The notes under the pieces: generated by a model
Databases searched by the model: none
What the model saw: only the letters and a program-made list of their open reading frames with translations
Told to the model about the DNA's origin: nothing
Source of the DNA: Paramoeba atlantica
Taxonomy: Eukaryota; Protista; Discosea
Reading direction: 5' to 3'
Assembly: GCA_977017575.1 (NCBI GenBank)
Contig: CDRNVI010000234.1
Span: 1-29,138 of the forward strand
DNA: 29,138 nucleotides
Shown: one piece after another, positions 9,420 to 21,917 of the stretch
How positions within the stretch are numbered: the first letter of the stretch is position 1
Layout: every line of letters starts with the position of its first letter
Made by a program: the position numbers and the translations under genes

Positions 9420-11621
9420 TGGATAGTGAATCATTTGCTCAAGTTGTAAAAAAAAAGTGAAAGAAAGAAAAGACCTCTTGAAACCAAGGAAGGCTTTCCA
9501 GCCTCCAAAGGTTTCAGCAATGTGTTACACAAGATCGATCAGAACAATGTTAGACTATACCAAGGTTTAATCATGTGCCTGAACTCAAAAACTGTTGTTG
9601 GAGCCAAGTCAAGACCAACAAAGTTAGTGGGATCACTGGATTTTAGACCAGGACTTCCCAACTTCAATGAGGTTATCAAAGCAATTGAAAATGTGACTTC
9701 TCTTAAAGGGAAGATTTTTGTGAACATCAAGCAGGGCCATTTTGTGATCTCAGCGCTCAAGAACATGGATGCTGCCAGTGTAGAAAAAGAGTTTTTGAGC
9801 AAAGGTGACAAATTGGTGAAAAAACTCAAGAAATCCTTTGTCTGGAGGAACAATGAGGATGCAAAATTGTGGGGGCTCAAAATCAGGGTTCCCTTTGAAG
9901 CCAAGGGTGTGGAGTGGATCCAGAATCTTTTTGCTGGCTCAAATTCTCTTCTGAGACATAACTTGAAGAAAGTAGTTCAAATAGCCCAGAATTGTATTAT
10001 TTTGGTTTACACCCAAATTCCCATTAACTTTGTCCATCTCATTGCCCACACCAAGGGGTGGTTGGGGATTAGTGATACTCAAGCTTGAGTTAGGACCCCA
10101 GCGAGGCCCTTTGATAAAGTGGTGAAATGCCCCACTTGCCAAATTAACCATCCTGCTTGTTTGGATTGTTTATTTGAAATTTTACAAAAAAAGGATCTAA
10201 GTGAAGTTGGCAATATGATGAGAACAGAAATATACTTGATCAACACCTGCGACCCCAAAGGAGTTAAGATAAGAAATCAAGCTGCTAGAGATGGTGTGCA
10301 ATTTAACTTCATCTTGCCTGAAGGAGTCCCCTCATCCTGTACCCCCCTCAGTAATACTGGTGGGTCTATGGTGGTGGGCCCTGAGAGAATAGATCAAACT
10401 TCCCCCAAGTCACAAGCTTCTAAGCCTTCTGAAGATCTCTCCCCCATTGGTGTTAAAAAAGATGGCTTAAATTTACCTGCACGTAATTCTGGTGGCCAAG
10501 GGTTGGTGTCTCATTTGCCTAATGTTATTCCTGCTGAACCTACCCCTCTGAAGGGCCCCCCTCCTGTGAAGAAGAGCCATGAAGCCATACCCAACAACTT
10601 CAAAGTACCTTCTTCCACAACTAAGGGATCAGCTGTCCAAAGGAGTTCCTCTGTGGGTCCAGTCAAGCATGATGCTGCAGCTCTGATTAAGACAAGTTCA
10701 TTTTCTCCCATCAGGACCAAACCCTTTTCTAAAATTAAAACGATAAATGGGATCAGCAAACAAGTTAGTGGATTCTCAGTGCCCCCCCTATTGCCAGCCC
10801 AGTGATCACAAGCTCAACCAAAAAAGAAGGGTACCCAGACATTGGTGAACACATGTTCCAACCCAGTAGTCTCTTCCTTTAAGTCTACTTCTTTACATCC
10901 AAAAGAGACTGTGGGCAAGTCAAGAAATTGTGCTGATTCTGTGATCCAAAAGAAGGAGAACAGAAGAAGCCAACCTGTTTCTGACCCTGCTCCTATCTTC
11001 ATCAATGAAGAAAACTTACTGTTTGAAAATGGATTGGTGGAGGAACCTAACAATAGAAGGGAGGTGAAATCAATGTTCAAGAAATTGAACCTGAACATCA
11101 AATGGACAAGTGTAACTGAGGATTTCAGAAGAGTTTATGAGGGGTTGGAGAATGGCTCAATTTTCCCAAAGGATAGGAGATTAAGGCATCAAGCTTTCTA
11201 TTTGGTTGAGTACCTTGTGAAGACAGGATGCACTAAGAGGAAGAAGGGTGGATCAGAAGAGGTGATTAATGTTAGAGTAGGGTGGGAGAAAGGAAAGAAT
11301 GAGAGTGAAGAGGAAAAAGGAAAAATATCACAAAAGAAAAGAAAAATCGCACAAGAAAAGGAGAGTGGGGAAAGAAAGTTGGTGAATTTTCCAAATGAGG
11401 AAGGGGTGGGTGTTGTTCATCCACTTATAGAAAAATCCAAGGAAAGAAGTGGTGGTGTCCAAGACAGTGTCCCCTTTTCCTTTTTGTTTGAAGGGTCAGA
11501 TATGAGAGTGGAAGGAGAAGAGGAGGAAGAGGGGGATGCTATGGAGATTGAAATAAACAAGGAGTTTGCCAGAACAACCCAAGCAAGGAGAGAGAGTGAG
11601 GGAGGGAAGTCAGTCATTTAA
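9420..11621 (+). pseudogene. LINE X ORF1 (~700 codons; start uncertain)
   Basis: Track ORFs 9522-10088, 10119-10805 and 10842-11621 are in one frame, separated by single TGA codons. SFAQVV motif near 9431 joins via a frameshift in the A-run at 9448-9456. Zinc knuckle CPTCQINHPACLDC at 10128-10169. P/S-rich then K/E-rich C-terminal half. Confidence 0.8.
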
Positions 11622-12568
11622 AAAAAAAAAAACACAAAAACATAAAAACACAAAAACATAAAAACACAAAAACACAAAAAAAAACAAAAAAAAACAAACA
11701 AACAATGCTAAACTCAGGAAGAAGAAGAATAAGAAGAGAAAGGAAAAGGGATTGGTGGATATTAGAAGTAGCTTTGGTGTGGGCCCCCAGGTAGCTCCTC
11801 CCCCAACAACAAACTTGCCTAATGTATCCCAGTCAGAGTGCCTCTGAGGAGGGGAGCAGGATCAACAGAGAAAACAAGAGAAAAGAAAGAGAAACAGAAA
11901 CTCTGGATCAAAACCTTTATGGGAAAGATCCCCAGCCAACACAAACAGAACAAGAAAACAACAACAAAGAAACAGAAAAGCAAGAAGAAGAACAACAAAA
12001 GGAATCACAACTGAGAAAAGCACAGAATCACTGAAACTCAACTCAAATCAGAATCCCAAGCCTACACAGCAACCAAAGAAGGAAGAAAGCAACAAAAGAT
12101 GATGATAACAAAAGAAGAGAACAAAAAGCAAGCAAGGCAAGCCAAAAGATCACAAAGGAAAGCAAAGAGAGAGAGAGAGAGCAACAAGAAAGCAGAAAGA
12201 AAGCAGAAGGCAGCAAAGTGGCAAGAAAAAAGGGCAAAAAACGTGAACGTGAAAACTGAATAAAAGGAGCACTAAAAATCTTGTGATTTTGGCTAAAATC
12301 ATGATAAAATGGTGCACAGCTGTCTGTGAGGCTCAGGGCTCTCCGAAAGGACCAAAACTCATGATAAAAGGCATCAAGGAAGCTCAGGGAAGGCTCAGGG
12401 AGGCTCAAGTAACTGAAAAGGCACTGAAAGGCACAACTTCCATGTTGGAAGCAGGTCTCACCCCAACACCTCCCCCCAGGTCCTCCAAGTGAGCCTGGAG
12501 TTGACCCCTGTGATAGGTCCTCAGCTAATTTAAGTGAGAGTGATGAATGTAGGTTTCCTGATGCATGT

Positions 12569-15500
12569 GTTATTTCTTGGAACATGAATGGGATTCAAAA
12601 TTTCGAAAAATTGAGAACCCTTCAGAAGATGGCTGGGAGTTGTCAGCCTCTTTTCATTTTAATTCAAGAATCTCACTCTGATTTTGAATGTGACCTCAAT
12701 CTCATCAGGAACCAATTGAGGAAGTATATCTGGTTGAGAGACAACTCCTCTGGAAAGAGGAGGGGTCTGCTCATTGGAGTTAGGTGGATGGAGGGGGTGA
12801 AAGAGATCTCTCCCTGTTTCTTTAACCAGACCATGAGTGGATTATTTGGTGTTCATGTGACTATTGGATCGACAAACTATTCTGTCCTGAATATATACCA
12901 TCACCCTGACCTCAAAGTAGCCACCATCTTGCAGGAGGCCACTTGATTCTTTGGCCAGAACCCCAGGAGCATAAATATCTTTGGGGGTGATTTCAATTGG
13001 GATGTGAAGGAAAAACAGATGGGGGAAATTGAAAAGTGTTGTGCTTCTCTCCATATGTTATGCTTGAAATGGGATGAACCCACCCATTATAAAGGAAGGT
13101 GTATTGACCATATCTTCTTCTTGTCCAAGGCTCCATTAAAACATTTGTTTATCAATGCCATCCTGTCCAGCTTTAAAGATCATGCACTGCTGATTGGAGG
13201 ATCCTCATTTAAGGAATGGAAGATTCGGGCGAATAAGAAATCCATCCCTAAGTATTTGATTAATGACCATGGGTTCATCAACACTCTTATTGAGAGGATG
13301 AGTACCTTCTTCAAGGGTGATGATTCCAATGAGTTTTTGACCAGATTTAAGACCACAGCTTGGGAATTAGTTCCCTACTGGAGAGAAAGAAACACTGAGG
13401 CAGCATTGTTCAGAGAACTGTGGAAGATCCACTCTCTTGTAAGATCCCTTCACAATTCTCACATTCTTAGGAAATCTACTGTCCAGAGGCCATACTCTTC
13501 CCTTGAAATGGGTCTGTTGGACCAGGCCTCCCTTGGTTGGAAGGGTCTGAAGGAAGGGAAGTTGTGGAGGAGAGGAATAATCCCTAGAATGATTTCTGCA
13601 GTGCTCAAGAAGATTGAATGTATTGAAGGACAGTTGGGGATCTTTATTAACAGTCACCCTGTGAGGCCTAAAGTGAGATCATCCCCAAGGGTTAAAGGAA
13701 TTGTTGTGGATGGGGTCATTTCCAGAGATAATGGTGTGGTCCAGAAAGCAATTAAAGAATTTTGAGGGAATCTTTTGGGCTCAGTGAGGTCATACAACAA
13801 GGACTCTCTCCAGAAGCTGATTGAAAACCATAAACCTCGGTTTCTTAAGGTTGATTACCATGTTGTTAATGGGGCCAAGGTTGATAAACTGCTGCAACAG
13901 TGCAATAATTCAAGTGCTGGCCCAGATGGTATCCCCTTTGCTCTCTACAGAGTGACAAGTGAACAACTGTGTGATATGTGGTGTGAACTTATCCAAAGAG
14001 CTGGGGAATCAATGGATTTCCTTGAGTCATTTGGGGAGAGTCAATACATGATGGGTTTATGGAAGCAGTGGCAGAGGGCAAGGACATGACCATCCTCCAA
14101 ACTGATTTCTGTAAGGCCTATGATTATGTTAACTGTGAAGCCCTTATGGAGTTGCTGATTGGATTGAATGCTCCACCCCAAGTCCTTGAAGTTGTATTTA
14201 AAGTTCTGCAAGAGTCAGATACATGGCTCCCAACTGTAGGATCGAATGATAAGACACAGAAGGAAGCCATCAAGAGCCGGACTGGTGTGTGACAAGGCTG
14301 CTCCATTTCACCTCTTTTGTTCATTATTCTTTTTGATGTTTTGTTGGTTAGTTTGAACAATGGGGGTGACCTTGAGAAGCTTGCTGGGTTCATGGATGAC
14401 TTAGCCCTTCTCCTTCACAGAGTCCAATCCATAAATTCCTTGACCTCAATTTTCCAAAAATATGAACAAGGAACCAAAGCCAAACTCAACTACAACAAAT
14501 GCTTTGTATTGTCAACTGAAAAATTCTCTCCTGTGGGCCCTTGGGCTGAAATGCCTTCAGCTAATTATTTGGGAGAGGAGACTGTGTACTTGGGAGTTAC
14601 AATTTCTTGAAGAATGAACCCAACTAAAGACTGGGAAGGGGTGATCAAGAAAATGCGGAAGGTTGGAACAACAATTAAGTAAAGGAAAGGCAGCTTCAAG
14701 GAGAGAGTCTGGATGATCAATACTTACCTTATTCCTTGTATGGGTTATTTGGCAAGATTTAAGCTTATCTTGAAAGTTGTCTCCTTGAAGATGTGGAAGG
14801 CCATTCATTCAGCCTTAGGCACATATGCAAATCTAAAGTCCTGTGTAATAACCTCCCTTCATCCCCCTTTCTTTGAAAAACCCCAAGTTAGACACTCTAT
14901 TCTGTTTAACTGGGCTCTGCTGATATCAAGGAAACCTCTCCAAGATCATTATAGGAATCCATTGTCTATTGGGGCCATGAGGATTGATGCTTTGGAAGCT
15001 AGTGGTGCTATCTCAGAACAAGTGAGGATGGGCTCCAAAACCAAGAGATCCTTCTCTCTCCTCTCTTAGAACATTTCTGTGGGAGTGGAGAATTTCTATG
15101 TGGGGGATGGATGCTTGAAATGTGTGATCTATAATTTGTCTCTTCCACAAAGACCCCAGATTAAGCAGAACCTTCTGAAGTTCTTTTTGAGGGGTCTTCC
15201 AACTGTGGATAAGATTGTCCATTTTACATCTGTGAGTCCACTTTGTCGGCTGTGTAGGAAAGCCAAAGAGTCAAGGGTGCATCTCCTTGAAGGATATCTG
15301 AAAGCTAAGGTGATTTTGAAAACTATTGGGAGGAAATGCTTTGTTTTAAAGATTCCTGGGTAGGAGAGTGCTGACTTTATGTGTGGATTTACGAACCAGT
15401 ATCTAAAGAAGGCTGAAGCATCTGCAGTGAGTGCAACCTTATTGAGCTTGTGGATCACTGTATGTGCAGAAGGATTGAAGTTCCCAAGCTTTGCTGTTAA

Positions 15501-16017
15501 AATTTTTGATGAAATTGCTAAGACAAACAAGATGATCCCTAAACAGACAAAAAGAAAGGCTCCCCCCAAAGGTAAAAGAGAAGTGAAACAACCAAAGTTC
15601 AAGTACCCTGCCTTGCAAGTGTTTTATGATGGCTCTGGGCATGTAGATCCCCACATCAGGGGATCTGGGTATGTGATTATTAAGGAAGGTTTGAAGGTTG
15701 GAGGTGGATTTGAAACAATCCCATTAAGCTCAAATAATTTGGGTGAGTTTTCAGGATGCTTAGCTGGTCTACAACAAGTTATTGGTTTTGGGCAACATGT
15801 AGAGATGGTGGGAGATTGTAAAATTCTGACTGAGGCAGCACCTAAGATGAAATCAATTGATAATTTTGAGCTCAATGAGATCCTATCTGAGATCAGAAAT
15901 ATTGCTGAAAGTAAATTTGCCAAAGTGGAGTACACTCATGTGTATTGCAAATTCAACAAGAGGTCAGATGCAATTGCAATAGAGAGGAGTATGAGCAAGC
16001 AAGGAACCATTGGTTGA
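12569..16017 (+). pseudogene. LINE X ORF2: APE endonuclease - reverse transcriptase - CCHC - RNase H
   Basis: APE: ISWNMNG, IQESH, LNIYH, GGDFNW, EPTH..IDHIF, KDH. RT: SAGPDGIP, TDFCKAYDYV, GV*QGCSISPLLF, FMDDL (14389-14400), YLGV. CRLCRKAKESRVHLLEGY (last Cys mutated; Cys in X2). RNase H: FYDGSG, SNNLGEF, VGDC, NKRSDAIA. Seven in-frame stops and one frameshift at an RT deletion near 14045. Confidence 0.93.
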
Positions 16018-16273
16018 AGAGAGTAATGAGACCTTCCATTGTAAGGAAGATTATTAGGCCTATTAAAGCTGTTGAGAAGAAAAGAATTTTGAAAGAGATT
16101 CAAATGAGAAATAGAAAGAAACATTAGAGCTTTTGGCTACTAAGTTGGCACTGAAGTGGGTTGATTCTACTTGATTATAATAATTTAATTTAAGTGTATT
16201 CTTAGGTGTTTAGATTACACTTCATTTCAATAAATGGCATCTCTAATGTCTAAAATTTAAAAAAAAAAAAAAA

Positions 16274-16518
16274 GAAAATATTAAAAACATTATTTTTTCT
16301 TTTTGCTCACTTGAATGTAAAAAACAAAACAGATTATTCTTTGCCCTGTCTGCTAAAAAGCAAAGAATAAATTCTCTGAAAAGGAGTTTAAGTGAATTAA
16401 AGGTCTTTGGACCATTTGAACCTAAAGAGGTGAAACTCTATCTTTGTTATTTTTAACCTTAAAAAATTAGTGGTTTTGAGTTAGGCCATCACCTAATAAA
16501 GTTCAGTGTTAAAAAGAA
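16274..16518 (+). mobile_element. SINE-B 3' part (continuation of 9163-9253)
   Basis: Starts exactly at the duplicated target and runs through core, AATAAA and A tail. Confidence 0.9.
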
Positions 16519-16531
16519 AAAATTTATTGTT

Positions 16532-19528
16532 TCAAACATAGCTAAACTTAAGAAAAAACCAAAACAATTATCAATTGTGAAGTGGTTGGAGTTTGAGGAA
16601 GAAAAGAGTAGGCAGGTGAAGGAAAGAAGGAAAGAAAAGAAAGAGAAAGAAAGAAAGAAAAAAGTTAAGGGCAAATCATGGAAAAGATTGGCAGTGTATC
16701 ACAAAGGAAACCAACTAAGTAAGTTTATTTTTTTTATCAACAAACAAAAAGAGTATTCATATGAGACAATAAATATAACAAGTGTGGAATTAACAAGAAA
16801 TAAAATAGAATGAAAGACAAAAACACATAAGAAAAAGGATGTGGTGGAGAGATTAAATCACAGATAAATGTTACAGAACATAGAATTAATTAACATAAAG
16901 ATTATATAAAATAGACAAATAAGATGGTGTGAAAATATTAAGAGAATAACTTGAATTCAGAGTGAGAACTGGGTGGGAAGAGCTCAGATGAGAGAGACAG
17001 GAATACATGCAGAATCAAAATAGTCTGTACAGTCTTACAAATATTCATCAGGGATATTCACACAACAGGGGAGCACAGTGGTGTACAAAGAGAAACAGAT
17101 TAATTTACATAACATGGAATCAGTTTACACCAGAATTCTGACACATCCTTCCAAATGAATATGTTTCATATAAATCAGAAGAAGGAATTTCACAACACAT
17201 CAGAAATCAAGAACAATTAAAGCAAAGCAGCAAAACAAATGGAATTTACATTTAGCACAGCAAATCAAGATGAGGTGAACAGACAGAGACCTATCATTGA
17301 ACCAAATATCAAGCCATTAAGGAAATCAGAATGAATCACAAAATCACAAAAACAAATATCAGTTGAATAGAATGGAAAAACATAAGGAATTGGTGCAGAA
17401 GCAATTAATAATTCAAAACATATTACTTTGAAACAAAAGAGGGATCAACATGAGAGCACAAGAGATAATCAGAGAACTTAAGGTATGGACATGGAGAACA
17501 AGACAGAAAAATTTAATTCAGAAATTCAAAAATAATATAACCCAGGAAAAGAGAAATCAATCCAACAAAAACAGCAGGAAATAGGAAGAGAGGGATTTGT
17601 GTTCACTATTGGAGACACAGGTGGTGCATTGAATCTTTAGAAATGCTATGTTCACTCATCATTGAGCAAGGATTGGAAGGAAGAAAGAATAAGTGTTCAA
17701 TAGGAATCACTATTGCATAGTTCCTCTAGATATGCTACATTTACTCATCATTAAGAAAGGAAGGTGCTGAAGATGTTGAAAAGAAGAATCTTTCAAAGAA
17801 AAGCAAAACAAGTCATCATAAGATGAACCAGTAAGATCAAAAGTAGAAAATCAAAATGTTTTCAATAGAGATAAAGAAATCAAAAGTCCAGTAGAAATTA
17901 TTAAAGTGTTATAAGCTTCAGAGATAATTGGGAATAGGTGAGAAGGACATTGGACAGAAAGCAACAGGAATGGAGCACAACAGCAACAAAAAAGATAAAA
18001 AAGATCATCTAGAATAGTGTTGAAAACATGGTTCAGAGGCAAAGCATTCCAGGTATGCATTTCCAAAATTCAGGGGATGAATTTTCAAAGATAAATCGCA
18101 TATCATATATATAGAAACAAATATATTATTATACAAAGAATAAATGCTGATCAAATCAACAAATGTTACAATTGCATTGAGATTTTGAGAAGAGAGGTGA
18201 GAAAAACATGAGCTGAAAGAAGAACATTAAAGAAAAAATATCATAGGGCTAGTGAAAATCTATTGCAAGGGTGAGAAAAACAAAAACTCAGAGAATCAGA
18301 GAAAATAAAACTCAAAACTCACTTGAAAAAACAAAAACAAGGTAATGGAGTTATAAAAGAACAAAGAGGGGACATGAGAACTCCCTTTGAAGGTAACAGG
18401 TGTTTCAAAAGCAAAGTAATGTCAAAAAGCATTGTTTAAGGAATTGCAAAGATAAAAGCAATCATCAAATTGCAGGTAGAATAGAAAAAAAATGGGATAA
18501 CAATCTCCAAAAATGATAATAACATCGAAACAGAGGAAGAAAGAACAATATTTACAATCAACCATAAAACAAAAGAGAATTGGAAAGCAAAAACCAAATC
18601 AAAAGATTAAATTGCACAACAATAATTTGACAAGAATAAACTATAGGGAATAATGAAGGAAATCAAATAATACCAAAATATTTTTAAGTGAAGCCAAGAA
18701 ATTAGTTACAAGTCACACAAACACTTCTTTCCAATTTGATATTTTGATCTCATCACAATTAAGGCATTTCAAAACAAGAGAGAGTATTAACCATCAAATC
18801 ATAAAACTAAATCAATAGAGGAAATTCAAAATCAACTTATTAAAGACTAAAAAAAGACTTAATTCCAATAAATCAACCAATAATTAGAATAAAATGTAAA
18901 TGGTGCAAGATGCTCAATGGAACTTACTGAAAATAAAACCATTACAAATCAAATTCAAGAATCAGCATCATTACCAGAGAATAAACAAAAACATAAGATT
19001 ATAACAGAAGGAAAAGCAAATCAAGATTTCTCAAAAAAAAAAGAAACTTAGAACAGAGAATATCAATGATAAGAAAGAAGCATCAGCAATTGAATCAACT
19101 TCAAAACAAACAAATCAAATTAGAGAGGTCAAAACTTGAGGGAAAGTACAGTAATTAAAATCAAAACAGCTTCAGAGGTGGTACATCTGAAATGACACAA
19201 ATACAATTTTTTCATAGAATACCCTTCCAACACCAAAATGGGTTTCAAAATTCAAGTAGGAGTATCCAAGAGAGGAATCCAAGTGAAAATAAAGTCCAGA
19301 ATCAAAATCACAAAAGGTAAGAGGAAGGTATAAATTTGATAATTTCAAAGCAAAAAAGGAAATCAGGAAAATTTCCATCATCAACTAAAAACAAAAGAAC
19401 AAGAAAAATCATCCTGAGGCATCAATTCAAGAATAACAAATTCAAAATGATATTGTTACAAGAAAAATAAGAAGATGGAATCAATTATTTCTTCAATAAA
19501 ATCAACACAGGGATAAATTCAATCAGTT
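16532..19528 (+). repeat. A-rich, decayed coding-like sequence; 18005-19528 is repeat V copy 1
   Basis: Strong A/purine skew with K/E/Q/N-rich broken frames. 18005-19528 is the reverse complement of about 27620-29138. No recognisable domain. Confidence 0.65.
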
Positions 19529-19537
19529 AAAAAAAAA

Positions 19538-21730
19538 TTTTTTTTTAATTTAAATATCAAAAATATCATTTATTGAAATGAAGTGTAATCTAGATATTTA
19601 AGAATATACTTAAATTAAATTATTATAGTCAAGTAAGATTAATTCACTTTAATACTAACTTAGTAGCCAAAAGTTCTAATGTTTCTTTCTATTTCTCATT
19701 CAAATCTCTTTTAAAATTCTTTTCTTTTCATCAACTTTAATAAATTTAATAATCTTCCTTTTTATAGAAAGTCTTATTACACTTTTCAACTAGTAGTTCC
19801 TTGCTTGTTCATACTCTTTTCTCCACTTTTGGTTTTCTTTCTCAACAAAACTTTTTAACATTTCATCAAATGCAACTCTTTTAGGAAACCACTTAATAAT
19901 ATTATTTAACTTTCTTCACAAAAAAGCTTCAATTTAAATCCAATGGTTTCATCACCCATTTTCATAATTTAGAATTCTTAATAATCCATTCCTCATTGGT
20001 TGTTGTTAGTTGCTTCAATCTTGGATCTTAGTTTTTATCAAATATAGTTTCCATTTCATCCTCTTCAAAGTGACTTGTTGCTGTTATAATCACATCTGAT
20101 CTTTTGTTAAATTTGTAATACACATGAATATACTTTATTTTGGCAAATTTACTTTTAATAATATTTCTAATCTTAGATAAGATCTCATTGAACTCAAAAT
20201 TATCAATTCATTTTAGATGCTGCCTCAATTAAAATTTTACAATTTCCCACTATTTTTACATGTTATCCAAAACCAATAACTTATTGTAAACCAGTTAAGT
20301 ATCTTGAAAACTCATTCAAGTTATTTGAGCTTAATGGAATTGTTTTAAATCTACCTCCAACTTTCAAACCTTCCTTAATAATCACACATTCAAATTCTCC
20401 AATGCAGAAATTTACATACTTAAAGCTATCATAAAACACTTGTAAGGTAGAGTATTTGAACTTTAGTTGTTTCACTTCTCTTTTACCTTTGGAGGAAGCC
20501 TTCTTTATAGTCTAAAGTTTGAGGATCATTTTGTTTGTCTTAGCAATTTCATCAAAAATTTTAATAATAAAGCTTGAGAACTTAGATTCTTCTGCACATA
20601 CAATAATCCATAAGCTCAATAGAGTTATACTCACTGCAGATGCTTTAGCCTTTTTTAAATATTAGTTTGTGAATTCACACACAAAGTTAGCACTTTTCCA
20701 CCTAGGAATCTTTAAAACAAAGCATTTCTTTTTAATAGTTTTCAAAATCATCTTAGCTTTCAAACATTCTTTGAGAAGGTGCATCTTTGACTTTTTGGCT
20801 TTTCTACACAGTTGACAAAGTAAACTCACAAATGTGAAATGGACAATCTTATCCACAGTTAGAAGGCCCCTCAAGAAGAACTTCAGAAGATTTTGCTTAA
20901 TCTGGAGTCTTTGTGGAAGAGATAAATTATAGATCATACATTTCAAGCACCCATCCTTCACATAGAAATTCTTTACTCTTACAAAAATGTTTCAAAATAG
21001 AAAAAAGAAAGATTTCTTGATTTTGGAGCTCATCTTTACTTGTTCTAAGATAACCCTATTAGCTTCTAAAGCATCAATCTTTATAGCTTCAATGAACAAT
21101 GGATTCTTATAATAATCTTGGAGAGGCTTTCTTGATACTAGTAGAGCCCAGTTAAACAAAATAGGATGTTTAACTTGGGGTTTTTCAAAAAACAAGAGAC
21201 AAAGAGAAGTCATTACATAGGACTTTAGATTTACATATGCACCTAAGGTTGAATGAATAGCTTTCCACATCTTTGAGGAGATAGCTTTTGAAATAAGCTT
21301 AAATCTTGTTAAATAATCTATACAAGGAATAAAGTAAGTATTAATCATCTAAACTCTTTCATTGAAGCTGCCTTTCTTTTGCTTAATTGCTGTTCCAACC
21401 TTTTGTATTTTCTTGATCATCCCTTCTCAATCCTTAGTTGGGTTCATTCTTCAAGAAATTATAATTTCCAAGTATACAATCTCCTCTTTCAAATAATTAG
21501 CCAAAGGCATTTCAATCCAAGGGTTTTTTTCAGTTAATAATACAAAACATTTATTATAATTGAGTTTAGCTTCAGTTCTTTGTTCATATTCTTGGAAAAT
21601 TAAGGTTAAAGAATTTATGGATTGGACCCTATGGAGGAAAAGGATTAAGTCATCCATAAACCCAATAAGCTTCTTAAAATCATCTCCATTGTTCAAACTA
21701 ACCAACAAAACATCAAAAAGGATAATAATA
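19538..21730 (-). mobile_element. LINE family X copy 2, 5'-truncated, heavily decayed
   Basis: Colinear with X1 from about 14320 (FMDDL at 21649-21660) to the 3' end. T-run 19538-19546. Keeps about 255 bp (19827-20083) that X1 has deleted. Differences from X1 are dominated by G-to-A and C-to-T. Confidence 0.92.
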
Positions 21731-21747
21731 TTAATATTAATATTAAT

Positions 21748-21917
21748 ATTCTTTGTTTTTTAGTAAACAGGGCAAAAAATAACCTGTTCTGTTTTTCATA
21801 TTCAAATGAATAGGAAGAAAAAATAATATTTTTAATATTTTCCTCTTTGAGATTTGAACCTGCAACCTTAAATTGAAGCAATAGCTGTTTTACCAATTAA
21901 GCCATCATACTACAATT
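21748..21917 (-). mobile_element. SINE-B fragment (head plus half of core, 3' end missing)
   Basis: A and B boxes present. Breaks at agaat into an (ATTAAT)n junction. No TSD found. Confidence 0.85.

Larger units (their letters stand above)
9254..16273 (+). mobile_element. LINE family X copy 1, near full length (L1-like architecture with C-terminal RNase H)
   Basis: Exact 16-bp TSD gaaaatattaaaaaca (9238-9253, 16274-16289), ORF1, spacer, ORF2, AATAAA at 16229-16234, poly(A) 16259-16273. Clade assignment needs an RT phylogeny. Confidence 0.93.

Noticed and set aside
9522-16017. Alternative genetic code (TGA = Trp or readthrough) suggested by many in-frame TGA codons
   Set aside because: The same sites are TAG, TAA or TGG in sister copies, and TGA also replaces CGA (GV*QG). 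Mutational decay explains them.
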